Shown piece by piece: positions 37,381 through 49,500 of a DNA stretch of 64,000 nucleotides. Source of the stretch: Amphiscolops sp. MND2022 (taxonomy: Eukaryota). The position numbers and the translations under genes were made by a program. The DNA lies in assembly GCA_964187785.1 (NCBI GenBank), contig OZ076409.1:25670001-25734000 (forward strand). Direction: 5' to 3'. The notes under the pieces are model-generated. The model was given only the letters and a program-made list of their open reading frames with translations, did no database searches and was not told where the DNA came from. Each line of letters starts with the position of its first letter. The stretch's first letter is position 1.

Positions 37381-38889
37381 ACCAAAACTTTCAAACATTT
37401 AGTATTATTTTGAACATGTAATATTGATTGATGAATTGTATTGTTATTTCTTATGTAAAATACATTTGACAGCAAGCCATACTGACAGGCAGAAAGGAAA
37501 CGTGTTCAAATGTTTGCCTGCTCAGTATGGCTAGCTAAGCCGCCTATGGTCAATTGGCCAATCAGAGTGCAGTTTGTAATAGCCATCTTATTACTTATTA
37601 CGTAACTGTGCTAATAACTATTTAGAATGGACCAAGGCGGCCAACTAACTTTGCCGGCCTTATTGTGCTCTGATGCTATACTTGAATGGTATTCAGTAAT
37701 TACAAATAGGACGAAAGCGGCTATGCGACATAGCCGTCCCTATTCACTGTATTAATTGTCTTGGTGCTATGCAGTAAATAAGGCCTATCATGGCCGGTTG
37801 GCACGATGAATACTCAAATGCTGTATACTTGCCATATGAAATTGGTATTCCAGTTAATTAGTGGTTTGAAGATGCAAATAACCCACCCCATGCAATAAAC
37901 AGATATATACACTGTTAACATGTAATTGTTGCTTTCTCACATTATGATGGGACCGAATTAGAAAACCCCAACGGCCATAAGCCGAATAGGGCCTTCATGA
38001 ATTGTTGAGCATGTAAACTGTTGCTTGCATGAATTTTACTTGTAAACAATTTGACCCATATGTGGAAGAGACTTGTCGGGCCTTTTGATCTAGCCGCCCG
38101 CACAAGTCTAAAATGATGTCATGTTGCTATTAATAGTTTCACTGTATCTATTTTTAGCTTGTGTGCTATTTTTAGTAACGTGACTGACGAAATCTCAGAT
38201 GTCATGCTAACTTGAGTATAAATACGCCCAAGTTGGCCATAAGACTCAGTTGATTTATGATACGGTTGATATTCAGTTACTCTTATGCGATTTGTACAAG
38301 AATCACTGTAGACCAAGCTCTATATTGTCCACAGGAACAATTCACATATTTACTCCTGGAAAAACATTTTCAATGCCTTCTACAAGGAGACAAAAGGCCA
38401 AGTCTAGGAAATCAAGAGAATTAGATATGTTGTCCGACTACGGCAATATGGACGTGATGTTAGGTGAGAGAAATTCTAACTCTATAGAAAGAGAACTCGA
38501 TAGTTTGATTAACGTCCCCGAGGGACAACAGGACTTTCAGTCCTTTCCGAATAGAGAAAATTCATCTCAAGAGAACGAAATCAGAGACATTGATAGCAGA
38601 AATGAACCAGTTAGGGAAAGTAGGCTAGTTGAGTCTATCAATACACTATCTGGAGAAATGCAATCACAGATTAGCAGGGCCATTAGTTCCGCTATAAGCG
38701 AGAGGATTATCCCAGAGATACAAAATATGGTAGAAAATTTGCCTTTGGGTCGACATGGCGTTGAGCCGTGTACGTCCGCGGATGAGGACGGAATCAGAAA
38801 TGTATGGAAGAACGCAAATACGAAATTAACAAAGAAGGATTCAAGGTCCGCTTGCGATCTGAGAGACCACATGGACGTTAGTCCTTACA
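37295..38889 (+). repeat. 3' LTR of element 2 (1595 bp)
   Basis: Copy of the 5' LTR with a 45-bp deletion, one extra base and roughly 8 substitutions counted by eye. Confidence 0.97.
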
Positions 38890-38995
38890 CTATCACATCG
38901 CGGATTAAAGTAATAGACGAAGTCCTGCGAAGAATGATATTTTAATCAGCTAATAATTACTTTTATCGCAGCTACTAGAATAAAAAGGTATTTAA

Positions 38996-39589
38996 CCCCA
39001 ATTGACCTGGGCGTTTTTTAAAATTTTCAAAAAATTTGATAAAAATTTTAATTATCAATATCTCCACAACTACGCGTACCAGAGGAACGAACTATATCGC
39101 GTTTGAAAGGTCTGGTATTGGGCTTTCATTTTGCTCAGGGGAGCCTCTGTCTCCGCGCGCCCATTCCTTCGGAATTTTAGTCTTTTTCCGGTACCGATAT
39201 GGGGTTGGTTTTTTCCATTGATCAAAGATTTTTGAGAAAACTGGATTGCGTCAAAAACTGAATATGTGGTTGGATATTCAGTTTTTCAATTCAAAACCAC
39301 AGGATATGTGGTTGGTTTTTTCCATCAATCAAAGAATTTTGAGAAAACTGGATTTCGTCAAAAACTGAATTTTCGGAAAATATAACTAACCATTTTTTGT
39401 GCAAAAAAAAACATTTTTCTCAGCTTTGGAGACATATTCCCTTTTTCTAATGCTTGTGCCATTCAATTCAATCTGGGTACCAATTACTTGTTGAAAAAAT
39501 CTGTGCTAGAGAAAATGTGCTACTGGCAAAAGGAATCAGAATTTGGAAAAAGGGTAGGCTGCTTTAAAGCACCACTAGGTCCATTAGGG
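38996..39589. mobile_element. piggyBac-like MITE
   Basis: TTAA on both sides; TIRs CCCCAATTGACCT and (revcomp) CCCTAATGGACCT; internal ~60-bp direct repeat at ~39202 and ~39310. Confidence 0.8.
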
Positions 39590-40710
39590 TTAATGATGAA
39601 GTAGCAAAAAGCTCTCGAACTTCGAAAAAGAACTTTGTAAAACCCTGTTTATTGTGACATGTCCAATGCCTCAAAAAAAAGTAACGGTCACAAAAAAACC
39701 CAAGACCAAATATAAAGTTTAACACTGTCATGGAAATGCTGCCAAAAAGGTAGAATATTTTGATATAGCTTGGAGAAACACAAAACTGCTTTGCATTTTT
39801 AATTAGTAGATAATCGAAACTTTTTTAGGTTTAATTATAAGAGTGTTTAATGGAAAAAATGCATAATTATCGATGCCACAAACGAGTAGGAAACTTTATT
39901 ATGTGGGAGAACATTTTTTCCGACAGAAAAGAAGAGCGATGAAAAACTTGGTGTCATTTTCCAGTTTTTCCTTTTAAAAGTATTGTTGTAAGTTTATAGG
40001 TTTGATTATTTTGCCACAAAAATGACTACCTAACAAATATCTCCATAGAGGCAATTATAATAGGCTAAAATTACAACCATGCGCATAATGCAAAATGCAC
40101 AGCAAAATGAACCATTCAGTTTTATTAGATTCCGAGATTTTCATTGATTGTCAAAACTACCAAACATCGTTGTCTGGCGTAACCCAACTTTAGTTTTTTG
40201 GTAGTTTGGTGATCTTGTTTGAATTATTACCAGGTGTAACAGATCTTGCAGTCTGGGCACAGATATGACCTCTAAAGGAGATATCTGAAAAAACTCAGGC
40301 TTCACCAACTATTTTGTTTATTGAATTTGACACAGAATGTTATGCAAACCTGCATGGTTTTAGTGTTTCGTGATCATTTAAACCTCTCTTTGGGCTTCTT
40401 GAAACTCTCAGAGCTGCTTCTGGGAACGTTTATAGGCAATCACAAAGAAAAATCAAGTTTCTGAGGTTTTCAGCCACACCTGTTAACGATTGTTGTTCTG
40501 GAAGTGTAATGAGCAGCCAACTCCGCGCGTCTCTTCATGCAATGTTAAACTTTTTCTCATAATCAGGAAAGATATATCTGATGCTTTTGCAATGTTATCT
40601 GTTTGCGATAACAGTGTTGAATTGAAACATTGGAAATAAACAAGACGCCCGCTAAGCACCGGGATATTTTCCTCCCTTTTCGCCTTCATCACTTGAGCCA
40701 TAGCTATTTT

Positions 40711-40835
40711 GGGAGGGGAATAGGATCTAAATAATAAGATCTAAAATTTAGTGATTTTAGATCTTATTCCCTTTAGATCTTATTCCCGTTCTGAAATTTT
40801 AGATCTTATTCCCTTTAGATCTTATTCCCCCCTCC
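40711..40835. mobile_element. Tiny foldback element of GAATAAGATCTAAA units
   Basis: GGGAGGGGAATAGGATCTAAA ... TTTAGATCTTATTCCCCCCTCC; same unit as in 20930-21547. Confidence 0.6.
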
Positions 40836-42160
40836 TACTAAAATAGTCAAGTAACTAAATAGTGAAGTGACTATAGTCAAGTGATGGAGCGTGGAGATTT
40901 GGCAGAATTTGGAAAAAAAACGCAACACAGATGATGATTTTCCTCCCCAATGAAAAGGTGGGTCGGAAAATAACAACTAGTTCGAACTAGTTGCTGATCA
41001 GCATTTCTTCGTTTTTGACGTTTCCCTTCAATTTTTGAGCGATCAATTCGATTTTCTTTTCAGTTATTTGAGCTTTCACAGTTGAAAGCATTACAACGAA
41101 ATGTAGCTCTGAGTATTTTGACATTCTTTTGTGTAGCTATCGGGTTTTTGCAATTCGAACAATTCTTGTGATTTCAATTTATAGCTCAAAAAGTATTGAC
41201 AATTATTGAAAATCTGAAACACAGCCGGAGTGGGCGGGGGGGGGGAGTTTTTTTCGTCAAATTCAGTTCACTACATAGAAACCATTCGAGACCTTTTTCT
41301 CTTCTAATCGCAAAATATGGTCAGTAAAATTGAACTTTCCATTATTTCAAAAGTTTTTATGTCAACATTTTCCTCATTTGATAGCAATCAGCGCCTCTCA
41401 TTGCAACTATTATTTGTCATTAATGAAAATCACAAGGTTTCAATCGATAATCCTAATTTGAATGGTTTGAAATTGGAAGAAATGGGGCTACCAGTTACCT
41501 AAAATACACAATTGATTTTCTATTTAGTTTTTATTCGATTATGATTTCAAATTATTGTTGAGATTGGCTATTTTAAGTCGGAGAATCTTAATCTTTAAAG
41601 GATCCAGATATGTACTCAAACGTGTGACACTCTTTCAATTAGATAAAACGTTTCAACAATCACTAAAAATTGATTTGGCATATAATCATTTAGGTTGGCT
41701 TATGTCGCTATATCATCTTTTAACATCAACCATCGCCAAATTTGAGTCTTATTTCGGGCAGGTTAATTGCGCCACTTCAATCAACTTATTATTTCTAACC
41801 GACTAGGAAGGGCAACAGTTTCAAATACCGGTTAAATATTAAACGTTCACTTACAGGTTTTTGAAAAATTGCGCAATTATAGTCAATTTGAGTCTAGCTA
41901 GGTATGCCTCAAGTAATTAATTAATGATCACTAGCAGATATTTAGTTTGAAATGGGAAAAAAAGATATCATTCAAACACTCAGCATCATAATCAACAACA
42001 ATCAAAACTTCGTCCGGAATCATTCAAACAATAATTAGATACTTCAAAAACATTTCGCAACTGTTGGATAACTGATACCAATACCTTGTAATACTTCCAA
42101 ACACATCGATTGACCTCCTAGTATTTATATCTCGATCCATAAACGCACTCATAAATTGTA

Positions 42161-43015
42161 ATGGCACCCAACCACGATAGTTTCACGGTTTCCGACGACG
42201 AAGCATTTTCCTATAACCAGTTTCCACTGGAGTTGGTCATCGTGGGTCTCAGTTTGGATATAGAACCCAGAAGGCACCCTTTCCCAACTCCTGGCTTGCA
42301 TTCTTCCAGCCCCTGGTACTCGAACACTTCTTTTCCTCCCATCGAATACCCCCAGCCGGTTTCTCCGTCGATCTGGGATAATGACGTCCAGTTGTTCAGT
42401 GAGGATCCGGATATATCTGGAATTGATGAGGATGGTCTGGATTATGACTCAGATGCCGAAACAGAGCCTGGAAGTGATCCCATTTATATCGACAATGGCG
42501 ACAGAGGAGTAACGTACGTTGCGCAATTCGGTAGAAATTATAGTCTGTATTTTGAAATGACTCCCATTAACCCAAATGAGAGGTACCCGCGTATTAACAG
42601 AAGACGCCCATTGTGGGGTGACAGATTTGACCTGTCGGAAGATAAGGAGAACATCGAACACGAAGACGACAGAGATACTTATGTCTTCGAACACAGCCCC
42701 ATTCTGATCAGAAGACCATTTGAACCCAATTGGACACGAACTCACAATCTGCCAGCTGCCAGCCCAAATATTCAAATGTCGTCAACTGTGAGAGCTTGTT
42801 TGTTTCATGACGCCTCTTCGGTTCTGAATGAGAGGCAAATCTCCGAGGAGTTTGGGTATTCCGCAGATGGTTTTGACTTGCAAAGTTCCCAAAATGAAGA
42901 AAACCCAAATAACCAGATACCCCGGGCCGACTTTTGTGTCAATTTCCAGCTAGGTGAATGCTGTTTTGGCGACAGATGTTCTTTTGCTCACGATGCGACC
43001 CGATTTCCGTTTTGA
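42161..43015 (+). CDS. Single-exon 284-aa acidic/Pro-rich protein with C-terminal CCCH zinc finger
   Basis: Intact ATG-TGA ORF, GC-richer than its flanks; CVNFQLGECCFGDRCSFAH fits C-x7-C-x5-C-x3-H. Confidence 0.65.
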   Translation: MAPNHDSFTVSDDEAFSYNQFPLELVIVGLSLDIEPRRHPFPTPGLHSSSPWYSNTSFPPIEYPQPVSPSIWDNDVQLFSEDPDISGIDEDGLDYDSDAETEPGSDPIYIDNGDRGVTYVAQFGRNYSLYFEMTPINPNERYPRINRRRPLWGDRFDLSEDKENIEHEDDRDTYVFEHSPILIRRPFEPNWTRTHNLPAASPNIQMSSTVRACLFHDASSVLNERQISEEFGYSADGFDLQSSQNEENPNNQIPRADFCVNFQLGECCFGDRCSFAHDATRFPF

Positions 43016-43538
43016 GTGCTTGTGTCATTGTATTAGTTTTCACTTTTAATCACTCCAGGAATTTTCCTAACCTGACCGACGACGTGACTCATTCTTTAAT
43101 TTGTGAGATAATAACTGTCATCGTGCTAATTCGATAAACTGCGCTTAACGTTCAATAGTCATCAAAAATTCAAAAAAAATCAAAATCAAAAAAATCAAAA
43201 CGCAAAAAAATTATTTTTTACTTATTCACTGAATTTGGAGGGTTTCCATTATGGAAACTGAGCCCTCTTTTCTCTATTGCATGTACACATGCCGTAAATT
43301 ATAATTGGGACCATGTGTCTTGTTTCCCCCAGGTACACCTTGTTTCGAATCCCCCCAACACAGAAGAATGTTATTCTTGAACAAAACTATTTCAATAAAA
43401 AAGGGTATTATTGAATGTGAATACTTCGAGGATTGTCTAGACACTGTTTGACACTTCCAGGCTCTATTGACACTTCCAGCAAAAAACGACCCTAAGTTTT
43501 TGACAATACTGTCCAAACTAGCAAAAATTCACGTCTGG

Positions 43539-46500
43539 AACAAGGTAAAATTGTATAAAAAGTCCCCCATTTCAACGCAAATTTTCTCCGCCATAAAATT
43601 TTAAGAGGAACATTTAACTCACAATGTAAAAGATAGGATTATATCGACATCAATTATTTTATTGGAACAAAACTTCAATGCAAACGATGTCGACGTAATG
43701 GTATTTGAACATTGTTTCATTGTTTCTTATGCAGCCAAATCCATCCCCCCGCCGGCTTTTTGGGAAGGAATAAGACACATGGTGCTATAATTGTGCCTTA
43801 AACGTATGGTTCTCAAATTACTTCATTTCTGTAATCTTTTCATTCCAGAGTTTCTACAATTTTCAACTTACGATTCCGAATCTTGAGATTACAATGCTTT
43901 CATGTTTCTATTTACATACTTACACGTCTCACCTACCCGAAGCACGTGCGTTTTTGCACTTTTCAACTCGCCTTATTATTGCAGTTGCTTTATACTTGCA
44001 AGTTAAAATTTTCAACAGATCCTTACTGCAAGTTGCAACTTATTAGCCGTTTTTTTAGTGAACAACGAACGTGGTTCGTCTTCATATCATTGTTGTATTG
44101 TGCTAATAATGGAGTTGCAAAACAAAAGCTGATACCAATAACTTGGTTTTGTGGAATGTGACGTGGTATCCTTTTAATGAAAATATTAAAAACTAATTGA
44201 AATATGGTAACGAATTGAACTTGAGTGTTTTCAAGCTATTTCTGTAATTTTTGATCCCCTCGAACCGCCATGGGGGATGTACAAACGGTTAAGTTCACTT
44301 TTTCTGATAGACTGAAATGTAATGTAATGAAAACAAATTACCTTTCTACTTTGAAAATAGTTTTCCATCTGCTAAAACAGCAAAAGTATAGGAGTATAGT
44401 TAAAAAAGTATTTTCATTTAGGAAGTATAAAAGGATTGAACGAAACTACTGAGAACTATGCAAAATAAGTAACTGAAAAAACAAAGAAAAATTTGGAACA
44501 TTGTTAGCGATACCCTCTGACCAACTATGAAAACATGGTATTCTCCACAATTATTCAAAAAACGCTCATCAGTTCCACAGCACCAAAAAAATATTCAATG
44601 AGGCCACCCTTAGAGACGGAAAAAGGTTTTCCTCACAGAAAACCACAAAATAAATTTTGAAAAAAAAATTAAAATTTGCTGGCAAAACGCTTTGTTCATG
44701 CTAGAAATCTAAATCGACTCTTCGCTTGAAAACGTCGCATAGGCCAAAGAGTAGTTAGATACCAAGTTAGGCACTAAGGTATATATATGCTTACAAAAAT
44801 GTGTCAATTCGCTTGTCTTTAAAAAATATATTTTGATATCGATATTTTCGAACCCGCGCCCATTCCTTAGTAGAACGCAAGTTCTGATATAGCGTGCTAC
44901 GCGGACTAAAAATACGGGGACTAAAAACAGGTTACATACAAAGCCAGCTTCAAAAAAAACTTTCCAATCGGAGAACCTTCCAGGGTGGAACGAATTTCGA
45001 GTCAAAGCTTTTTGTAACAAAAAAGCCCAACTCTTAAAGAGGCAGGGTTTTTTCAAGACCACCGACCTCACTTTTAGTGGTTCAGTTTTCACAGACTTTA
45101 TGCTTCAGTTCGAAAAGGAGCCCAATGAGGCTAATGCCTTTAATTTTTTCAGTATTTACCGTATCCTCGAAAATATTGAAGACCACAGTGCCCCCTTAGG
45201 GCTTTTTCGGCGACTTTTTTCACAGAAACTCCTAAAAGGTTCCTTTTTAGTTTTTGATATTTTTGAATAGGAAAAACATTTTAAGTTCAAAAAGTCCTCC
45301 TTTGGTTTTTTGGCACTGTGACTTTTCGGCAAACTTCGATTTGATTTTTCTTTGATGTTTTCAGTTATGGAAAAACATTTTTTGAGCTCGAAAGGCTTCG
45401 ATTGGTTTTCGGTATTCTTTTGAGAAATTTTACTCAAAAACGCTTTTAGGAAAAACGTTGCGCTTTTTGAGCCTCAAGATGGACGCCGACTTGAGAGGTT
45501 CCCGTCTTGTTTCCTGCTAGTGAAGAAAACGAAATTTAAAAAAAGGCCTCATTCAACTTTCTTTAAAAAAACTGAAATGGAAAAGAATTATAAGAAGACA
45601 CTGTGACACGCCAAATGCACTTTGTTCAGCTCTTGGATTTAAGTTTTTTTCGACGAGAAATCGCCCAGTGTCAATGCCATCTTTTAATACTTGCCAGGAA
45701 AAATTTTCAAACAAATGCACAGTTCCAGAAAACCCAAACAAAGACCTTCTATTCTATGCTCTCAAAATTTCTTCTTTTATCAAACACGTTTAGGAAATCA
45801 AAGTGGGGAACCTTCGGTATATAACAAACCGGTATATAAAGTTATGAAAAAAAGAGGGGATACTTGTATCTCGTCTACCTTTGGAAACATTGAAAGAAAG
45901 TAGCACAGCGCACGATTCGAAACCAACTCTTCTAGTTCCCATCTCTAGTCATCACGCAGAGAATCCCGCGTTAACCCTAATATTTTTGCCAAAACGTTCT
46001 ACAATGCGTTCTAGATTTCCAGCAGTATATAGTAGTTTCAGTGAGAATTTGTAAGATAAAAACTTTCGAACCTGTCTCCAGAAACATAGATTTTTTTTTA
46101 CAAAAAGACGAAAATCAACAATCGATGTATCAGGTTACTTGGAAAGTGACATGCTCATCTGCTAGTTTTATGTCGGTCAAGTGGCTGTGGAGAACAGGTA
46201 ATATCCCAACATTAAAAAAGAAGGCGGTTTAGCCAATCTAGCAGCAAACAGGTGTTATCGTTCCCTCAGAGATAGCGAAGTATAGCTTCTCTGTAAGTTT
46301 GTTCCAGTTACACTATCTACCTAGTATAAATCAATTTAACGGCACGGAAAATTTCGTTAACTTAATATTATCCGCTGTATGATAATGACTTCTTGATTTT
46401 TTTTGGATGATGCAGCCAATCAAATCTGAAAACCAAAGTGTCACAGTCCAGGCCTGGACTGGGTGGAACTGCAAACGTATCAGCATCGGGAGTCTTTTAA

Positions 46501-49500
46501 AATCTCCGAGATGGTTTTTTGAAATTAATTAAACAATTGAAACGCACTTAGACCAAGTTGGGAACATCCTAGATCTAAAATGAAAATGACTGCCAAAATA
46601 TAGAAATCAAAATGATTTCACACAGTTCCGCCAAGACCTTTAAGCTACGCCTGAAAAAAACCATTGTCCACCTGAGAAGTTAATAAGGAAATATTGACAA
46701 AACTCTAATAGAAAATACTTTAAGATGCACATTAAAGAAATACGCCTTTCTCAGAAACGGCAGCTTAATTGCAGCTTTGAAAAGCAATTAGTGCAATTTA
46801 GGACTTAGTTACATCGTTAAACAAACAAACCTAGGAACGCGGGCTGATTTTATTATATGCGTGACGTCGCAATCGCGTAGAAAATGTCAGACAATTATAT
46901 GTGTGACGTTAAACACCGTCGAGGCGAGGCTAGAAATTTCCAATTCTACGTCAGTGCTACGTCAACGGCGGCAGCTAGCTAAGCCTGGCATTATACTTAC
47001 GTCAACACTTCGTCGCAAAATTATAAAACTAGACGTTTCATTTGGTATTAAATTTTATAATGAGACTATTTTCGCAAATAGTATTTATTAAGGTTCAAAT
47101 ACACGACACAATCTCGTCAATCGTCAAATTATAAAGTAAATGAAGAGAACTCATATTGTTACGTCGACATTGCGTTGATTGGGATTGAAATTACTTAGAC
47201 AAGAATTTGAAGTTGTTTCTATCACGATTTCTTTGGTTAAAAGTTTTCACCGATCGTTTACTAAAACGTAACGGTTTATGCACACATAAAGTTTACAAAT
47301 ATACATGTGTTATAATGTTTTATGTTCAGATGCAGGCAGAACAACATGTCAATTGAAATCGGAAGATGTTTGTAATTAAATGAAAGATATTCTTCATACG
47401 AATGATCTTAAGCCATTTGTTGTGATTAGTGCATGATATTGTTCAACCAAACTGACATCGACACAGCGCTAACTTAATAATGAGCAAATTATTCAATTTG
47501 TAACATTTGATTAACGTTCCTGATATTTGAAATTGTACGGTACAATATTTTATTACCTGTTATTCTCGTTGCTGGTCACAGCCAAGTATTGAATTTTCAT
47601 GCAGTATCAGAAATTCTTGCATTGATTTGTTGTTCGTTAAAACTATTAGTAGACCTATTTAACGTTGCTTCGACGATAATTAATTATGTTCAGAATATGA
47701 ATGAAAGATCAATCAATGTTATCAGTGGAGCTATGAACTTCCACTTTCCTAGCACCAAGCCAGTGTACGTTTTTTGGATAGTAGTCATAGTTTTCCTAGG
47801 CTGAAAGTCAAAACCACGTAGTAGTTGTTCAAGCCAGCGTTAGCTCCGCGTTACGTTTTCACACTTTTTCAAGCAAAAAAGAGGAATGCTCGATAACAAT
47901 TCGATAAATATTGACGGTTTGCTAAAACGAATGACACTGGAACGAAATGATATGAGCAAAGCTGATGACTAAAATCGGATTAACAATCGGGAGATTATAT
48001 TTTGACAAAAAATCGACAAAAGTCGAAATCCTAAACAAGCATAATATTACGATATACAGGGAATAAAAAGTTTTTGAAGAAAACTAGGTTACGCCGCTAT
48101 GAATAAAAGATGCTAGGGGGTAGATATTGTTGAGTTTCTGTAAGATTTTCAGTCATTCCTTTGTTTCGCAAACTGATAATTTTGACTCTGTCAAAAGCTG
48201 TTCAAACTAAAAAAAACGATTGAAATTGAATCTTTTCTTCAAGATGTCTACAAGGGCTCAAAAGAGAAGAAACAAAAAGCAAGAAACAAGGCAAAATTGT
48301 ATAAAAAGTCCCCCATTTCAACGCAAATTTTCTCCGCCGTAAAATTTTAAGAGGAACATTTAACTCACAATGTAAAAGATAGGATTATATCGACATCAAG
48401 TATTTTATTGGAACAAAACTTCAATGCAAACGATGTCGACGTAATGGTATTTGAACATCGTTTCATTGTTTCTTATGCAGCCAAATCCATCCCCCCGCCG
48501 GCTTTTTGGGAAGGAATAAGACACATGGTGCTATAATTGTGCCTTAAACGTATGGTTCTCAAATTACTTCATTTCTGTGATCTTTTCATTCCAGAGTTTC
48601 TACAATTTTCAACTTACGATTCCGAATCTTGAGATTACAATGCTTTCATGTTTCTATTTACCATCTTTTAATACTTGCCAGGAAAAATTTTCAAACAAAT
48701 GCACAGTTCCAGAAAACCCAAACAAAGACCTTCTATTCTATGCTCTCAAAATTTCTTCTTTTATCAAACACGTTTAGGAAATCAAAGTGGGGAACCTTCG
48801 GTATATAACAAACCGGTATATAAAGTTATGAAAAAAAAGAGGGGATACTTGTATCTCGTCTACCTTTGGAAACATTGAAAGAAAGTAGCACAGCGCACGA
48901 TTCGAAACCAACTCTTCGAGTTCCCATCTCTAGTCATCACGCAGAGAATCCCGCGTTAACCCTAATATTTTTGCCAAAACGTTCTACAATGCGTTCTAGA
49001 TTTCCAGCAGTATATAGTAGTTTCAGTGAGAATTTGTAAGATAAAAACTTTCGAACCTGTCTCCAGAAACATAGATTTTTTTACAAAAAGACGAAAATCA
49101 ACAATCGATGTATCAGGTTACTTGGAAAGTGACATGCTCATCTGCTAGTTTTATGTCGGTCAAGTGGCTGTGGAGAACAGGTAATATCCCAACATTAAAA
49201 AAGAAGGCGGTTTAGCCAATCTAGCAGCAAACAGGTGTTATCGTTCCCTCAGAGATAGCGAAGTATAGCTTCTCTGTAAGTTTGTTCCAGTTACACTATC
49301 TACCTAGTATAAATCAATTTAACGGCACGGAAAATTTCGTTAACTTAATATTATCCGCTGTATGATAATGACTTCTTGATTTTTTTTGGATGATGCAGCC
49401 AATCAAATCTGAAAACCAAAGTGTCACAGTCCAGGCCTGGACTGGGTGGAACTGCAAACGTATCAGCATCGGGAGTCTTTTAAAATCTCCGAGATGGTTT

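Larger units (their letters stand above)
22718..38889 (+). mobile_element. Full-length 16.2-kb Ty3/gypsy LTR retrotransposon (element 2)
   Basis: Two near-identical TG...CA LTRs, TSD CTATC at 22713-22717 and 38890-38894, PBS, PPT, gag then PR-RT-RH-IN order. Confidence 0.98.

Noticed and set aside
37250..37402. C-terminus of track ORF 37133..37402 (KECKWALS...)
   Set aside because: Probably off-frame after a slip in a T run; the alternative frame ending at 37380 looks more protein-like (judgement by eye).
46443..46460. 18-bp palindrome CAGTCCAGGCCTGGACTG in each triplication unit
   Set aside because: Present once per duplicated unit; probably a transposon remnant with no independent support for function.
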